Source: Candidatus Latescibacterota bacterium (GTDB lineage Bacteria; Latescibacterota; UBA2968; UBA8231). Taken from it: a stretch of 64,000 nt of DNA. This document shows positions 19,205 through 28,086 of the stretch, in pieces. The stretch covers positions 2,528,001 to 2,592,000 of the forward strand of contig OZ242318.1 in assembly GCA_965208105.1 (NCBI GenBank). Reading direction: 5' to 3'. The position numbers and the translations under genes were made by a program. Position 1 is the first letter of the stretch. Every line of letters starts with the position of its first letter. A model generated the notes under the pieces. It searched no databases. It was not told the DNA's origin and worked only from the letters and a program-made list of their open reading frames with translations.

Positions 19205-20117
19205 GGGCACTGGCATCTGCTCCGGCGAAGGGGGCATGTTACCCGAAGAGCAGGCGGAGAACAGTCGTTACTTTTATGAACTCGCCTCTGCATGCTTCGG
19301 CTATTCGTGGGATAAGCTGCATCTGGTTCAGGCGTTCCACTTCAAGGGTGGGCAGGGTGCGAAGACAGGCACCGGCGGCCACCTTCCCGGTGCAAAGGTG
19401 CAAGAAAAGATTGCTGAGGTTCGTGGTCTCGTTGCAGGGCAGCCGGCGATTTCTCCTGCACGCTTCCCAGACTGGCACACCTTGGACGACTTCAAAAACT
19501 TTGCCGAAGAAGTCCGCAAGGAAACCGATGGCATCCCGATTGGCTTTAAGTTATCTGCGCAACATATTGAGGAGGATATCGAAGCCGCAATCCAAATTGG
19601 GGCGGATTATATCATTCTTGACGGTCGGGGCGGCGCCACCGGTGCAGCACCGCTCATCTTTCGTGATAACATTTCGGTCCCAACGATGCCAGCGATTGCA
19701 CGAGCGAGGAAGTACCTTGATGAAACAGGCAATGGTGATATAACCCTGATCGCGACGGGCGGATTAAGATTGCCAGCGGACTTTGCTAAGGCACTCGCGC
19801 TTGGCGCAGATGGTGTTGCCATTGCGAACTCAGCGCTGCAAGCAATTGGCTGCGTGGGTATGCGTGCCTGCCATACGAACAGTTGCCCGGTCGGAATTGC
19901 CACGCAAAAAGAGTATCTCCGTGCCCGGCTCATTGTTCATCAAGCCGCCCGGCGGCTCGACCGATTCCTCGGAGCAGCGGTTGAATTGATGCAGGTAATG
20001 GCGCGTGCCTGTGGGCATACCCACCTGAATCAATTTTGCATTGGTGATCTCACAACGTGGAAGCGGGAGATTGCATATCTGACCGGGGTTAAGTACGCTG
20101 GGGTTGTTCCTCTATAA
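19205..20117 (+). pseudogene. 3' part of an FMN-binding glutamate synthase family gene
   Basis: Begins mid-protein at GTGICSGEGGML; KGGQGAKTGTGGHLP, DGRGGATGAAP, CVGMRACHTNSCPVG. Confidence 0.8.
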
Positions 20118-20183
20118 GGAAGTGCTAGGGCGTGTTGATATTTATGTAACACGTGCCCATAATTCGCCAATAAGTATCCAATC

Positions 20184-20368
20184 GTAGGGGCGAGGTTTCC
20201 TCGCCCAATCTCGATTTCATTGAGGATTCTCGCCTTGCGGAACAGGTTGGGCAACCCAACCCCTACGGGAATTGACCTAATGTAGGGGCAACCCTTGTGG
20301 TTGCCCAAAATACTACTTTATCAACAAAACCTAGGTAAACGTAGAAAACGCAGATCTGCGTTCCCTAT
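20184..20368. repeat. Cluster of GTAG-type REP-like palindromes
   Basis: GTAGGGGCGAGGTTTCCTCGCCC (20184), inverted GTAGGGGTTGGGTTGCCCAACC (20266-20245), GTAGGGGCAACCCTTGTGGTTGCCC (20282), degenerate GTAG..AACGCAGATCTGCGTT (20341). Confidence 0.75.
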
Positions 20369-20395
20369 AAGGTAAAAGTTGAATAGGAGGCAACT

Positions 20396-21154
20396 ATGCC
20401 CGACGAATTGATGACCACCTTTGAAAAACTCTGGGTTGCCCTGCGCGCTGCGTGGTGCGACAATCACGACCTCAATGGCGCATTGGCTTTCAGCCATGAC
20501 CGCGCAGCGATGGACTTCTTTCATCGCATTGTGCAGGTGAGCGTGGACGACGCCCAAGTAGACAGGATGATTGACGATGCGATTCGCCTGTTTCAAGAGC
20601 AAAAATACGATTGCATGTTCACCCTTTCGCCGCTAGACCGTCCCACTGATCTTGGCGAGCGGTTGGAGAGGCGCGGTTTCACAGAGGGTATGTTGGCATC
20701 GGCGATGGTCTATGATCCGCCCACGACACCGCCCCCTGTCCAAACTGTCGCAGAAATCGATGTCTCACCCGATGCGGAATATGACCTTTGGGCGGAGGTC
20801 ATGTGTCGTGGATTCGGTCATGACCAAACGATGGGAGAGGTCGGACGCGATGTGCTGATCGTGCCCGAAGTGCGCCGCTATCTAGCGCGTGTGGACGGTG
20901 CGGCGGCGGGCACAACGCTGGTCTACTCACAATTCGGTATGGGCTACGTTGATCATGTCGCAACACTACCAGAACATCGCCGCAAAGGGATTGCCTCTGC
21001 CATGGTTGCACGAGCGGTTGCGGATTCACAGGCGATGGGCAACCGCTGGACGACGCTGGAGACGACAACGGGCAGCAACGCCGAGCAGATATACCAGCGA
21101 CAAGGCTTCCGCATTGCCTATCATCGAAGGCGCTACATCATGCCTCATGGGTAA
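20396..21154 (+). CDS. GNAT family N-acetyltransferase
   Basis: VATLPEHRRKGIA motif A, IYQRQGF; AGGAGG RBS. Confidence 0.85.
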   Translation: MPDELMTTFEKLWVALRAAWCDNHDLNGALAFSHDRAAMDFFHRIVQVSVDDAQVDRMIDDAIRLFQEQKYDCMFTLSPLDRPTDLGERLERRGFTEGMLASAMVYDPPTTPPPVQTVAEIDVSPDAEYDLWAEVMCRGFGHDQTMGEVGRDVLIVPEVRRYLARVDGAAAGTTLVYSQFGMGYVDHVATLPEHRRKGIASAMVARAVADSQAMGNRWTTLETTTGSNAEQIYQRQGFRIAYHRRRYIMPHG

Positions 21155-21222
21155 GGGTAAGGTAGAATCCTTAGCAAAGAAGGTCTATCAAGCAATATTT
21201 CGACAAAAAAGGAGTTCATAAC

Positions 21223-21919
21223 ATGGCACTGCAAGCGTGGATACGCATCGGTCAACCCCTTGAGCCGGTGATGGACGATTACGAACGGATCTTTGATGCT
21301 TGGGAAGCCGGTGGAATCAAAGGCTTTGTTTTTGGTCGCACACTTTTTGCGGATACGCAGGGTCAATTTACTATTCCCGCTTTCCCTTCCAACCCGCAAG
21401 CCTATCGCAATCGCGGGTTAGAACCGAATGTCCGAGACACAGAAACCGATTCCGCCAAAGAGAGAATGCTCCATGCGATGCTTGATAACGCCAAGTCACG
21501 CGGTTGGGAGATTTTCATTTTTGCCCCCGGCAGCGGGGCAACGGGTGCGAAATCACTTCCACTAAAGGAAGATCCCTACGGTGCAGTTGCTATGGCAGCA
21601 GTTTGGGATGAGACATTCGGCAGCTTCCCACAAGTCGATGGTGGTATCATGGATGGTTGGACAGAGTCCGCTTATGAACTGGTATGGCATCACGGCAATG
21701 CCGTATTTGCGGATATACCTGAATCGACCAAAGCCCAAGCTGCTGTCAGAGGGTACGATCCAGATAGGCTTGAACGCGGCAGGCGACATCTCCATGAGCG
21801 TTTTCGTAGTTTAACCCCCGCTGAAGTCCGCTATTATGGCACCTACGGCGTACTGTCGGAGATGAATCTCTTTGATATCAACGAGGCTGCAGTTTACTGG
21901 CTGCGTTGGCGACGGGAGG
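21223..21919 (+). pseudogene. 5' part of a hypothetical protein truncated by copy 6
   Basis: AGGAG RBS; the stop codon is supplied by the IS repeat. Confidence 0.6.
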
Positions 21920-22653
21920 GATGAGGCCCTTCAGGACGCACTTCTCCCTACGGCTCTCGGCGCAGGGAGCGAATCGCGGATGAGATCAGGCGGCGAACTC
22001 GAACTGCGGCTGCGGCGGGGCCCTCGGCGGAGGCACCGCCGGCAGCCCTACCCCCTCCAGATAGGTCCGGATCGAGGCCGGATCGGTCAGGGCGGCGACG
22101 ATCCTCAGGCGCCCGCCACAGGTCGCGCATGCGCTGAGGTCGGAGGAAAACACCCGCGCCAGCAGGGCCGCCCACCCCAGGCGGTGGGTGCAGGGCGGAG
22201 CGCTCGTATCGCCGTCCGCCGCCGGCTCGGCAACCGGCTTGGCCGGCACGATGCGGCCGCGGTCGCGGGCACGGGGGGCCAGGACCCCGTGGTAGCGCAG
22301 GAGATGGAGCCGGGGCGGGGGGACCAGAGCCGCCAGCACGGGCTCCTCGGCGGCGAGCGGATCGGCTTGAGTGTCGTCGAGCAGGCCGTGTCGGCTACAC
22401 AGGCGGATGATGCGGCGCGCACTCGTCTCCACGATCTGCCGCACCGCTTGGTCCGACAACGGCGGGGCCGCTACGAAAACCGGAGCTTCATCCCCATCGG
22501 CGTAGACCCCGTCGAGCATGAGCACGTGTACGTGGGGATTGAGGTTCAACGAGGAACCGAATCTTTGGACGAAGGTTACCGAGCCCCAACGTGCGCGGTC
22601 ATGACCCATGGCCTGCGCCTGACGTCGATACCAGCGACCCACCACGCGGAGAA
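21920..22653 (-). mobile_element. IS91/ISCR remnant copy 6: longest transposase remnant, internally deleted, oriIS missing
   Basis: QRFGSSLNLNPHVHVLMLDGVY (HUH motif) jumps at LAAL directly to VPPPRLHLLRYHGVLAP; only the last 66 bp of the 227-bp module are present. Confidence 0.9.
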
Positions 22654-22728
22654 TAAACCGAACTGGACAATTCAAGCACCACCGGGAATTAGGTCAAAAC
22701 TTCGGGGGATAAATCAAGTAAATCCCAG

Positions 22729-22946
22729 CTACAACTTTTCCCAATCTGACCGACTGACCTCGGCCTGCTGCAAAATCTTGTTCAAAAGACCACGCCCAAC
22801 GTCACCACGATGTGGGTTGGGCAAGACCAGACGTATTGTTTCTCGGATCATATAGTGATGATTGCCCCAGGATACGGGCCTTCAAATCCCAATTGCTTCA
22901 AGTATCGAATTAGGTCGCGGCGACTGATCGGCCCAAATTTGGGCAT
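22729..22946 (-). pseudogene. hicA: HicA toxin, frameshifted
   Basis: MPKFGPISRRDLIRYLKQLGFEGPYP / GNHHYMIR…LPNPHRGDVGRGLLNKILQQAEVSRSDWEKL*; one G short in the G-run near 22865. Confidence 0.75.
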
Positions 22947-23188
22947 CACACAGGCTCCGATACGCGATCCAGGCGCAACCCATCCACCTCCGGAAGCCGG
23001 TGGTCCATTCTCAATCCGAGGATGATCCAGCCCTCAAGCACGGATTGCAATTCTTCCCTGCACTTTTCCAATGTATCCGCATTTGCATACACGCCTTGAA
23101 ATCCTGCGATTTCTCCATAGAACGATTGATCTTCGAGGATCTCGTATCTCGCGTGCTTCATAGCCGCTTGGATATATGCGGTCAACAT
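22946..23188 (-). CDS. hicB: HicB-family antitoxin
   Basis: MLTAYIQAAMKHARYEILED…GVYANADTLEKCREEL; TGATG overlap with hicA. Confidence 0.85.
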   Translation of the reverse strand: MLTAYIQAAMKHARYEILEDQSFYGEIAGFQGVYANADTLEKCREELQSVLEGWIILGLRMDHRLPEVDGLRLDRVSEPV

Positions 23189-23269
23189 ATAATGCTCACT
23201 TTCATTTGATTTGCACTATAGCCTCTCGCGCGGGAGTGATTCGCCCCACCTCGAACACCAACAGCGCAA

Positions 23270-24121
23270 CTACCCGCGCGCGGGCTCGCTCATCTTCTCC
23301 TTCGCCCGGCGCACGAGTTCGGCGAGATGGGAATCGTTGGCCATCACCTGTTCCAGGTGTATCCGCCGTTCGGCCGTCGCGGTGCGCACCATTATCTCGC
23401 CGTATTTGCGCTCTGTCCAGAAGCGAGCCGCTCCGCCGATGTAGTCCCGGAGGGCGTCCAGCTTTTCTTCGGGATAACGCTGGCAGAGGTTCATGGTGAA
23501 CATCCGCCGCCTCCTGCCGCCGCCGAAGGCCGCGTGCTTGGCATTGTGGTTGAACACCACCAGGTCGCCGGGCGTGGTCTCGAGAACCACCGCCGGCACG
23601 TCTTCGCCGCTCGTGTCCCACTTGGTCTCGCTTTCCCTAACATGCGCGCTCAGCGAGTCCGCGTAGCTGTCGCCGATGAGATGGCTTCCGGGAATCAGCC
23701 GCAGGGCGCCGGTATGGCGCGTGAGCGGATCGAGATAGAAGGCGATCTTGACGTGCATCGGGTCTTCCGGTTCATGCCTGCCATCGGAGTGCCAGTGCGT
23801 ATCTCCGACGTAGAAGTTGCCGTCGCTTCCCATATAGTTGAAATCGTCGCCCAGCAGGGCCCTGGCAATCCCCAGGATTCGCGGGTCGTCCAGCAGGGAG
23901 GACAGCTCCTCGCTCTGGTCGATGAAGGGTACCAGACACGAATGCGCCGCCCCTTCGTGGGGCTTGCCGTCGTGGCCGCCACCGTGCTCCACCCAGACCC
24001 TTTCAAAGGCTTGCTGGATCGCCTCGATGCGGTCCGCCATCAACCGGGGGAAGAGGAGGTAACCGAAGGTCCTGAAAAAGGAGATCTCCTCCTGGGTGAG
24101 CAAAGGGTGCTGCTGATTCAT
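23270..24121 (-). CDS. PhyH-family dioxygenase (HSD motif)
   Basis: FFRTFGYL, WHSDG, GALRLIPGSH, distal His in NAKHAAF. Confidence 0.85.
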   Translation of the reverse strand: MNQQHPLLTQEEISFFRTFGYLLFPRLMADRIEAIQQAFERVWVEHGGGHDGKPHEGAAHSCLVPFIDQSEELSSLLDDPRILGIARALLGDDFNYMGSDGNFYVGDTHWHSDGRHEPEDPMHVKIAFYLDPLTRHTGALRLIPGSHLIGDSYADSLSAHVRESETKWDTSGEDVPAVVLETTPGDLVVFNHNAKHAAFGGGRRRRMFTMNLCQRYPEEKLDALRDYIGGAARFWTERKYGEIMVRTATAERRIHLEQVMANDSHLAELVRRAKEKMSEPARG

Positions 24122-24222
24122 CGAACAAATCTTCCAGGTTTACGGGATGAGCTCTGAGGATTCCGTTTTCCCCGGTTATCCGCCGACCCTGAAACTGCCT
24201 GAACCTTCATCCTTTGCTCCGG

Positions 24223-26091
24223 TCAGCGCAGGAATACCATCTTGCGCGTCAGCGCCAGGGCTCCGGCCTCCAGGCGGTAGAGATAGACCCCGCTGGCGAC
24301 CACATGGCCGCCCTGGTCGCGGCCATCCCAGACCACATTGCGGCGCCCCGAGGCCACCAGTCCGTCGACGAGAGTGCGGACCCTCTGTCCCTGCAGGTTG
24401 TAGACGTGGAGGGCGGCGTGGGCGGAGCGCGGGGCGACGAAGGACAGGACCGTGCCCTGGTTGAAGGGGTTGGGAAAGTTCTGCGACAGCGCCCAGTTCT
24501 CCGGGACGGCTGCCGCGGTGCCGGCGGTTTCCACCTCGGTGAGGCGGCGGATGGTCTCGGGGGGTCCGGAGGTGTGGAGCCGTTCGATGGCGGCAGCGGC
24601 GGGTTGGCCGGCCGGCAGCGGGAAGGGGCGATCGCCGTCGGCAAAGGGGCGGGAGCGGACTTCGCGGCCGTCCGACAGGGTGACAATCAGCTCCCATTGC
24701 TCCAGCGGGGTGTCCTGCGAGCCGCCGCAGTCCCAGCGGGCGCCGGCGAAGCGGATGTTGCCGACCTGGGGCAGGTCGGGGTTGTAGGCGAACATGGGGT
24801 CGACGGTCATCTCGTCGGCCGAGAGGGTGGTGTAGAGCCGGGTGAGATAGGGCTTCTCGGCAAAGAGCTGCTCCACCTCTTCCAGCGGCTCGACGACGAT
24901 GTCATCCAGGTCGGCGGCGAAGGCTCCGGGATTGAAGGCGAGGTCGGCGGTCCAGCGGTCGTAGGCGCGCATATTGTTGTAGAAGGAGCGCTCGGCCAGG
25001 TCCTGGAGCCGGCCTTCATTCCGCGCCTGGTCATAGGCCTGGCGGTCTCCGCCGAACACAACTTCGAGCACCCCCTCCTCCAGCACCGCGGCCGGCATCG
25101 GGATGTGGCGGCGGACCAGGGTCTGCATCTGGGCATCGCGCGGAAAGCCCTGGCCCAGGGCGGCGTCGAGGAAGTCGGCCGGATGCGCCTGCCGACGCAG
25201 TTGCTCCAGATCGAACCTCCAGAAGAAAAAGTCCTTGACGATGCTGCTGGGGCCGGCATAGTCGGTGACGAAGGCCTGGCCGCCGGCCTCGTTGGCGGCG
25301 GCGGTGACTACCTCCGGATAGTTGAAGCCGCCGCTGAACCAGTCGATGAGGGCCTCGTTGATCTGCACGTGAAGGTAGTTCTCGGGGATGGCGCGCTGCT
25401 CTGCGAGAATCCAGGCGAGGACTCCCAGGTCGGGCACGGTGGCCACGGCGGTAAGGCGGATGGGAATGCCCGGGGTCTCTGCCGCGTAGGTCATGGCGAT
25501 GGGCTGCAGGTCGCCGACTTCACGGTCGGCGGCGAGCTTGAGGGCCAGAAAGTAGAAGCCTCCCTCGACGTAGGGGGCCAGCAGCGGAACGCCCAGGTCG
25601 CCGAGCTGGTATTCGTTGTCGACGAGCCAGTCGACGATGGCCTGGGGATCCTCGGAGGTGATGACCGCGGTGTCGTAGGGGCCGATCTGTTCCTGGGCTA
25701 CTACCTCGACGCCGGCTGACTCTACGGTTACGGCAACATCAGACCGGAGGATAATCGGCCGGAAGACGCAGTCGTCCTGCTCCTCGAAGTCCAGTTGGAA
25801 GCCGGGCCGGGTGGCGAACTGCAGGTTGGTGAAAATCTGGTTGTGGCTGACGGCCAGCTCCGGCACCGAGGGCAGGGGCAGGATCCAGGCGAAGTCCGAG
25901 GCCGTGCCGCTGTAAAGAAGCTGAACGTGGGTGGTAACCGTGCCCTCTCCCTGGACGAAGAGAATGTTCTCGGCCACCTGGTTCATGGGGAAGGTGGTGC
26001 AGAAGAAGCCGCCGCAGGCGCGGGAGGCCGGAACGCTGAATACAAAGGAGAGGAAGGCAGCGAGCAGCACTCTGGAGATCATTGCGTTCAT
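24223..26091 (-). CDS. DUF2330-domain secreted protein with FlgD/T9SS-like C-terminus
   Basis: Signal peptide then ACGGFFC, FAWILPLPSVPE, IPIRLTAVA; NFPNPFN…RKMVFLR; ATGA overlap with the upstream gene. Confidence 0.8.
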   Translation of the reverse strand: MNAMISRVLLAAFLSFVFSVPASRACGGFFCTTFPMNQVAENILFVQGEGTVTTHVQLLYSGTASDFAWILPLPSVPELAVSHNQIFTNLQFATRPGFQLDFEEQDDCVFRPIILRSDVAVTVESAGVEVVAQEQIGPYDTAVITSEDPQAIVDWLVDNEYQLGDLGVPLLAPYVEGGFYFLALKLAADREVGDLQPIAMTYAAETPGIPIRLTAVATVPDLGVLAWILAEQRAIPENYLHVQINEALIDWFSGGFNYPEVVTAAANEAGGQAFVTDYAGPSSIVKDFFFWRFDLEQLRRQAHPADFLDAALGQGFPRDAQMQTLVRRHIPMPAAVLEEGVLEVVFGGDRQAYDQARNEGRLQDLAERSFYNNMRAYDRWTADLAFNPGAFAADLDDIVVEPLEEVEQLFAEKPYLTRLYTTLSADEMTVDPMFAYNPDLPQVGNIRFAGARWDCGGSQDTPLEQWELIVTLSDGREVRSRPFADGDRPFPLPAGQPAAAAIERLHTSGPPETIRRLTEVETAGTAAAVPENWALSQNFPNPFNQGTVLSFVAPRSAHAALHVYNLQGQRVRTLVDGLVASGRRNVVWDGRDQGGHVVASGVYLYRLEAGALALTRKMVFLR

Positions 26092-26900
26092 CCTTCGTTG
26101 GCGGTGCCGGGCTGGTACTCGATGCGGCGCAGGAAGCGCTCGCCGATATCGTAGTCCGGCTGGCCGGAGACGAAGCGCCACAGCCGCACCCGCTGCATGA
26201 CCTCGTAGCGGTGCTCGTTGCCCTCCCAGCCGTGGTTGGTCATCAGGATGCCCCCGATCTCCGGGTCGTCCAGGTCCGCGGTGTCGAAGTTGCGGATCTG
26301 GGGCCGGGTCGGATTGAGCCGCAGCTTGTACATGAAGCGGTCCTCGCCGGTGTAGTTGCTTCGCGCCCCGTGCCATACCCGGGTGTTCCACACGTAGATG
26401 GTTCCTCCCGGACAGGTCGCCCAGATCTTGCCGCGCATGTGGTGATAGATGGCGATCTCCCCGGTGCGCACGTTGCGGAACTGGGTCCCCGGAACCAGGA
26501 AGGTGCCGCCCATCTCGTCCGTGGTGTCCGCCGGAAACAGCGACAACTGGATGTCGAAGTAGTTCTCGCGAAAGTCGATGACCGAGTCCTGGTGCATGTT
26601 GGGGCCCTTGGTCTGCTCGGCCAGGGTCAGGTGCGGAAAGTGGTGGTCGTAGAGGGGCTCGGGGCCGACCAGGGAGTGGATGAGGCTCCGAACCCGGGGC
26701 AGGCGGAAGGCATCACCAAGAGCGGTGCCCTTGGGCCAGGTCTCCTCGAAAGGCGTGCCCACCGCGAGGTATCCGCGATTGTGCTGCATCTCCTCGAGGC
26801 AGGCCCGGCACAGGTCTACCGGCACCATCTCCTCGAACTTCAGGTAGCCGGAGGCGACGAACCGCGCCATCTGCTTCGAGCTCAGAAGATGTTCGCTCAT
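26088..26900 (-). CDS. PhyH-family dioxygenase (HQD motif)
   Basis: FVASGYL, MHQDS, GGTFLVPGT, VWHGAR. Confidence 0.8.
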   Translation of the reverse strand: MSEHLLSSKQMARFVASGYLKFEEMVPVDLCRACLEEMQHNRGYLAVGTPFEETWPKGTALGDAFRLPRVRSLIHSLVGPEPLYDHHFPHLTLAEQTKGPNMHQDSVIDFRENYFDIQLSLFPADTTDEMGGTFLVPGTQFRNVRTGEIAIYHHMRGKIWATCPGGTIYVWNTRVWHGARSNYTGEDRFMYKLRLNPTRPQIRNFDTADLDDPEIGGILMTNHGWEGNEHRYEVMQRVRLWRFVSGQPDYDIGERFLRRIEYQPGTANEG

Positions 26901-27196
26901 CGCCCGGCTTCCTCCTCTTTCTGCAGCTCGTTGAATTTCGCCAGGACGGTCTGGTAGGGCAGCGGACCCAGCTCGTATCCTTCCCCGGGCGAGCGGTGCT
27001 TGAGCTCCGACATCTGGATGACCTGCCAGCCGTCGCGCATGGCGGCCATGGCGTCCTGGTATGGTGGTTCACTCTCCTCGACCAGGTCGTCGATGCCGGC
27101 ACCTCTGGAGGCCTCGTAGCGGGCCCAGGCGACGACCTGGGCGTCGAGCGCCGGGGTGGTCTGGAAGAATACAAGGATGTCCTGCACGAGGGGCAT
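26897..27196 (-). CDS. Small hypothetical protein
   Basis: AGGAAGG RBS; ATGA overlap with the PhyH gene; PPYQDAMAAMRDGWQVIQ. Confidence 0.65.
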   Translation of the reverse strand: MPLVQDILVFFQTTPALDAQVVAWARYEASRGAGIDDLVEESEPPYQDAMAAMRDGWQVIQMSELKHRSPGEGYELGPLPYQTVLAKFNELQKEEEAGR

Positions 27197-27267
27197 TGAA
27201 ACGCCTTCCTGCAAAGAGAGTCGAAAATTCAGGGGAGGTCGACAGCAGTACTGCGGTCGACTGAAAA

Positions 27268-27296
27268 ACAATAATTGGGGCAGGGATGACGGTCAA
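27268..27296 (-). promoter_or_regulatory. Sigma70-like promoter TTGACC-N17-TATTGT
   Basis: Read directly; 17-bp spacer, upstream of the operon starting at 27196. Confidence 0.55.
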
Positions 27297-27312
27297 GTGG
27301 AGGCCGCTGCAG

Positions 27313-28011
27313 TCAGGGCGGTCTGAACGGGATTCTTCCCTCCACCCTTATTCCTCCCACGCCCACCCGGGCGCGGCAGGCGATCACCTCTACCCCCGCG
27401 GCGACCGCCCTGGCCAGCTCGGCGGCGTAGTTGGGGTCGATGTCGGCGGCGGCTTCCATGCTGGTGCAGTCGCCCCGGTTGACCAAGAAGAACATCACCG
27501 CGCGCTGCCCTCCCCGGACCACCGACCGGAGCTCGACGAGGTGTTTCGCGCCCCGGGCGGTCACCGCATCGGGGAACAGGGCAACATCGCCGCGGGCAAG
27601 GGTCACGTTCTTGACCTCGACGTAACACCGTTCGGGGTCTTCCAGGCACAGATCGATCCGGCTGTTGCGGCCGTAGAGCACCTCCCGGCGGACGCTGCGG
27701 TAGCCTGCCAATTCCTCCACCCGGCCCCTGGCCACGGCTTCCTCGACCACGAGGTTGGGCATCATCGTGTTGACCCCCACCCACCAACGCCCCACCCGCA
27801 CCAGCTCCCAGGTGTGGCTCAGTTTGCGCTTCTTGTTCGGGCTCTCCGAAATCAGCACTTCCGATCCCGGGTCATCGCACCCCAGCATGGAGCCGGAATT
27901 GGGGCAGTGTACGGTCTGGATTTCGCCGCTTTCCACGCGCACGTCAGCGAGGAAACGCTTGTATCTACGCAGTAGCCGGGCGCGGCTGGTCTGACCCTGA
28001 AACCTCACCAT
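27313..28011 (-). CDS. sfsA: DNA/RNA nuclease SfsA
   Basis: RRYKRFLADV, HCPNSGSM, SRID, YVEVKNVT, FPDAVTARGAKHL. Confidence 0.95.
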   Translation of the reverse strand: MVRFQGQTSRARLLRRYKRFLADVRVESGEIQTVHCPNSGSMLGCDDPGSEVLISESPNKKRKLSHTWELVRVGRWWVGVNTMMPNLVVEEAVARGRVEELAGYRSVRREVLYGRNSRIDLCLEDPERCYVEVKNVTLARGDVALFPDAVTARGAKHLVELRSVVRGGQRAVMFFLVNRGDCTSMEAAADIDPNYAAELARAVAAGVEVIACRARVGVGGIRVEGRIPFRPP

Positions 28012-28086
28012 GGACACCTTCCCAAGGCTGATCGGCCCGCTTCACCAGGTGATTTTTTTCGCGCTGACAATTGCCTCCACCACTTT

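Noticed and set aside
3094-22000. Recurrent repeat interpreted as a CRISPR array or integron attC sites
   Set aside because: Units are over 200 bp with kb-scale spacers and encode an IS91-type transposase tail; no cas genes, intI or GTTRRRY/RYYYAAC structure were seen.
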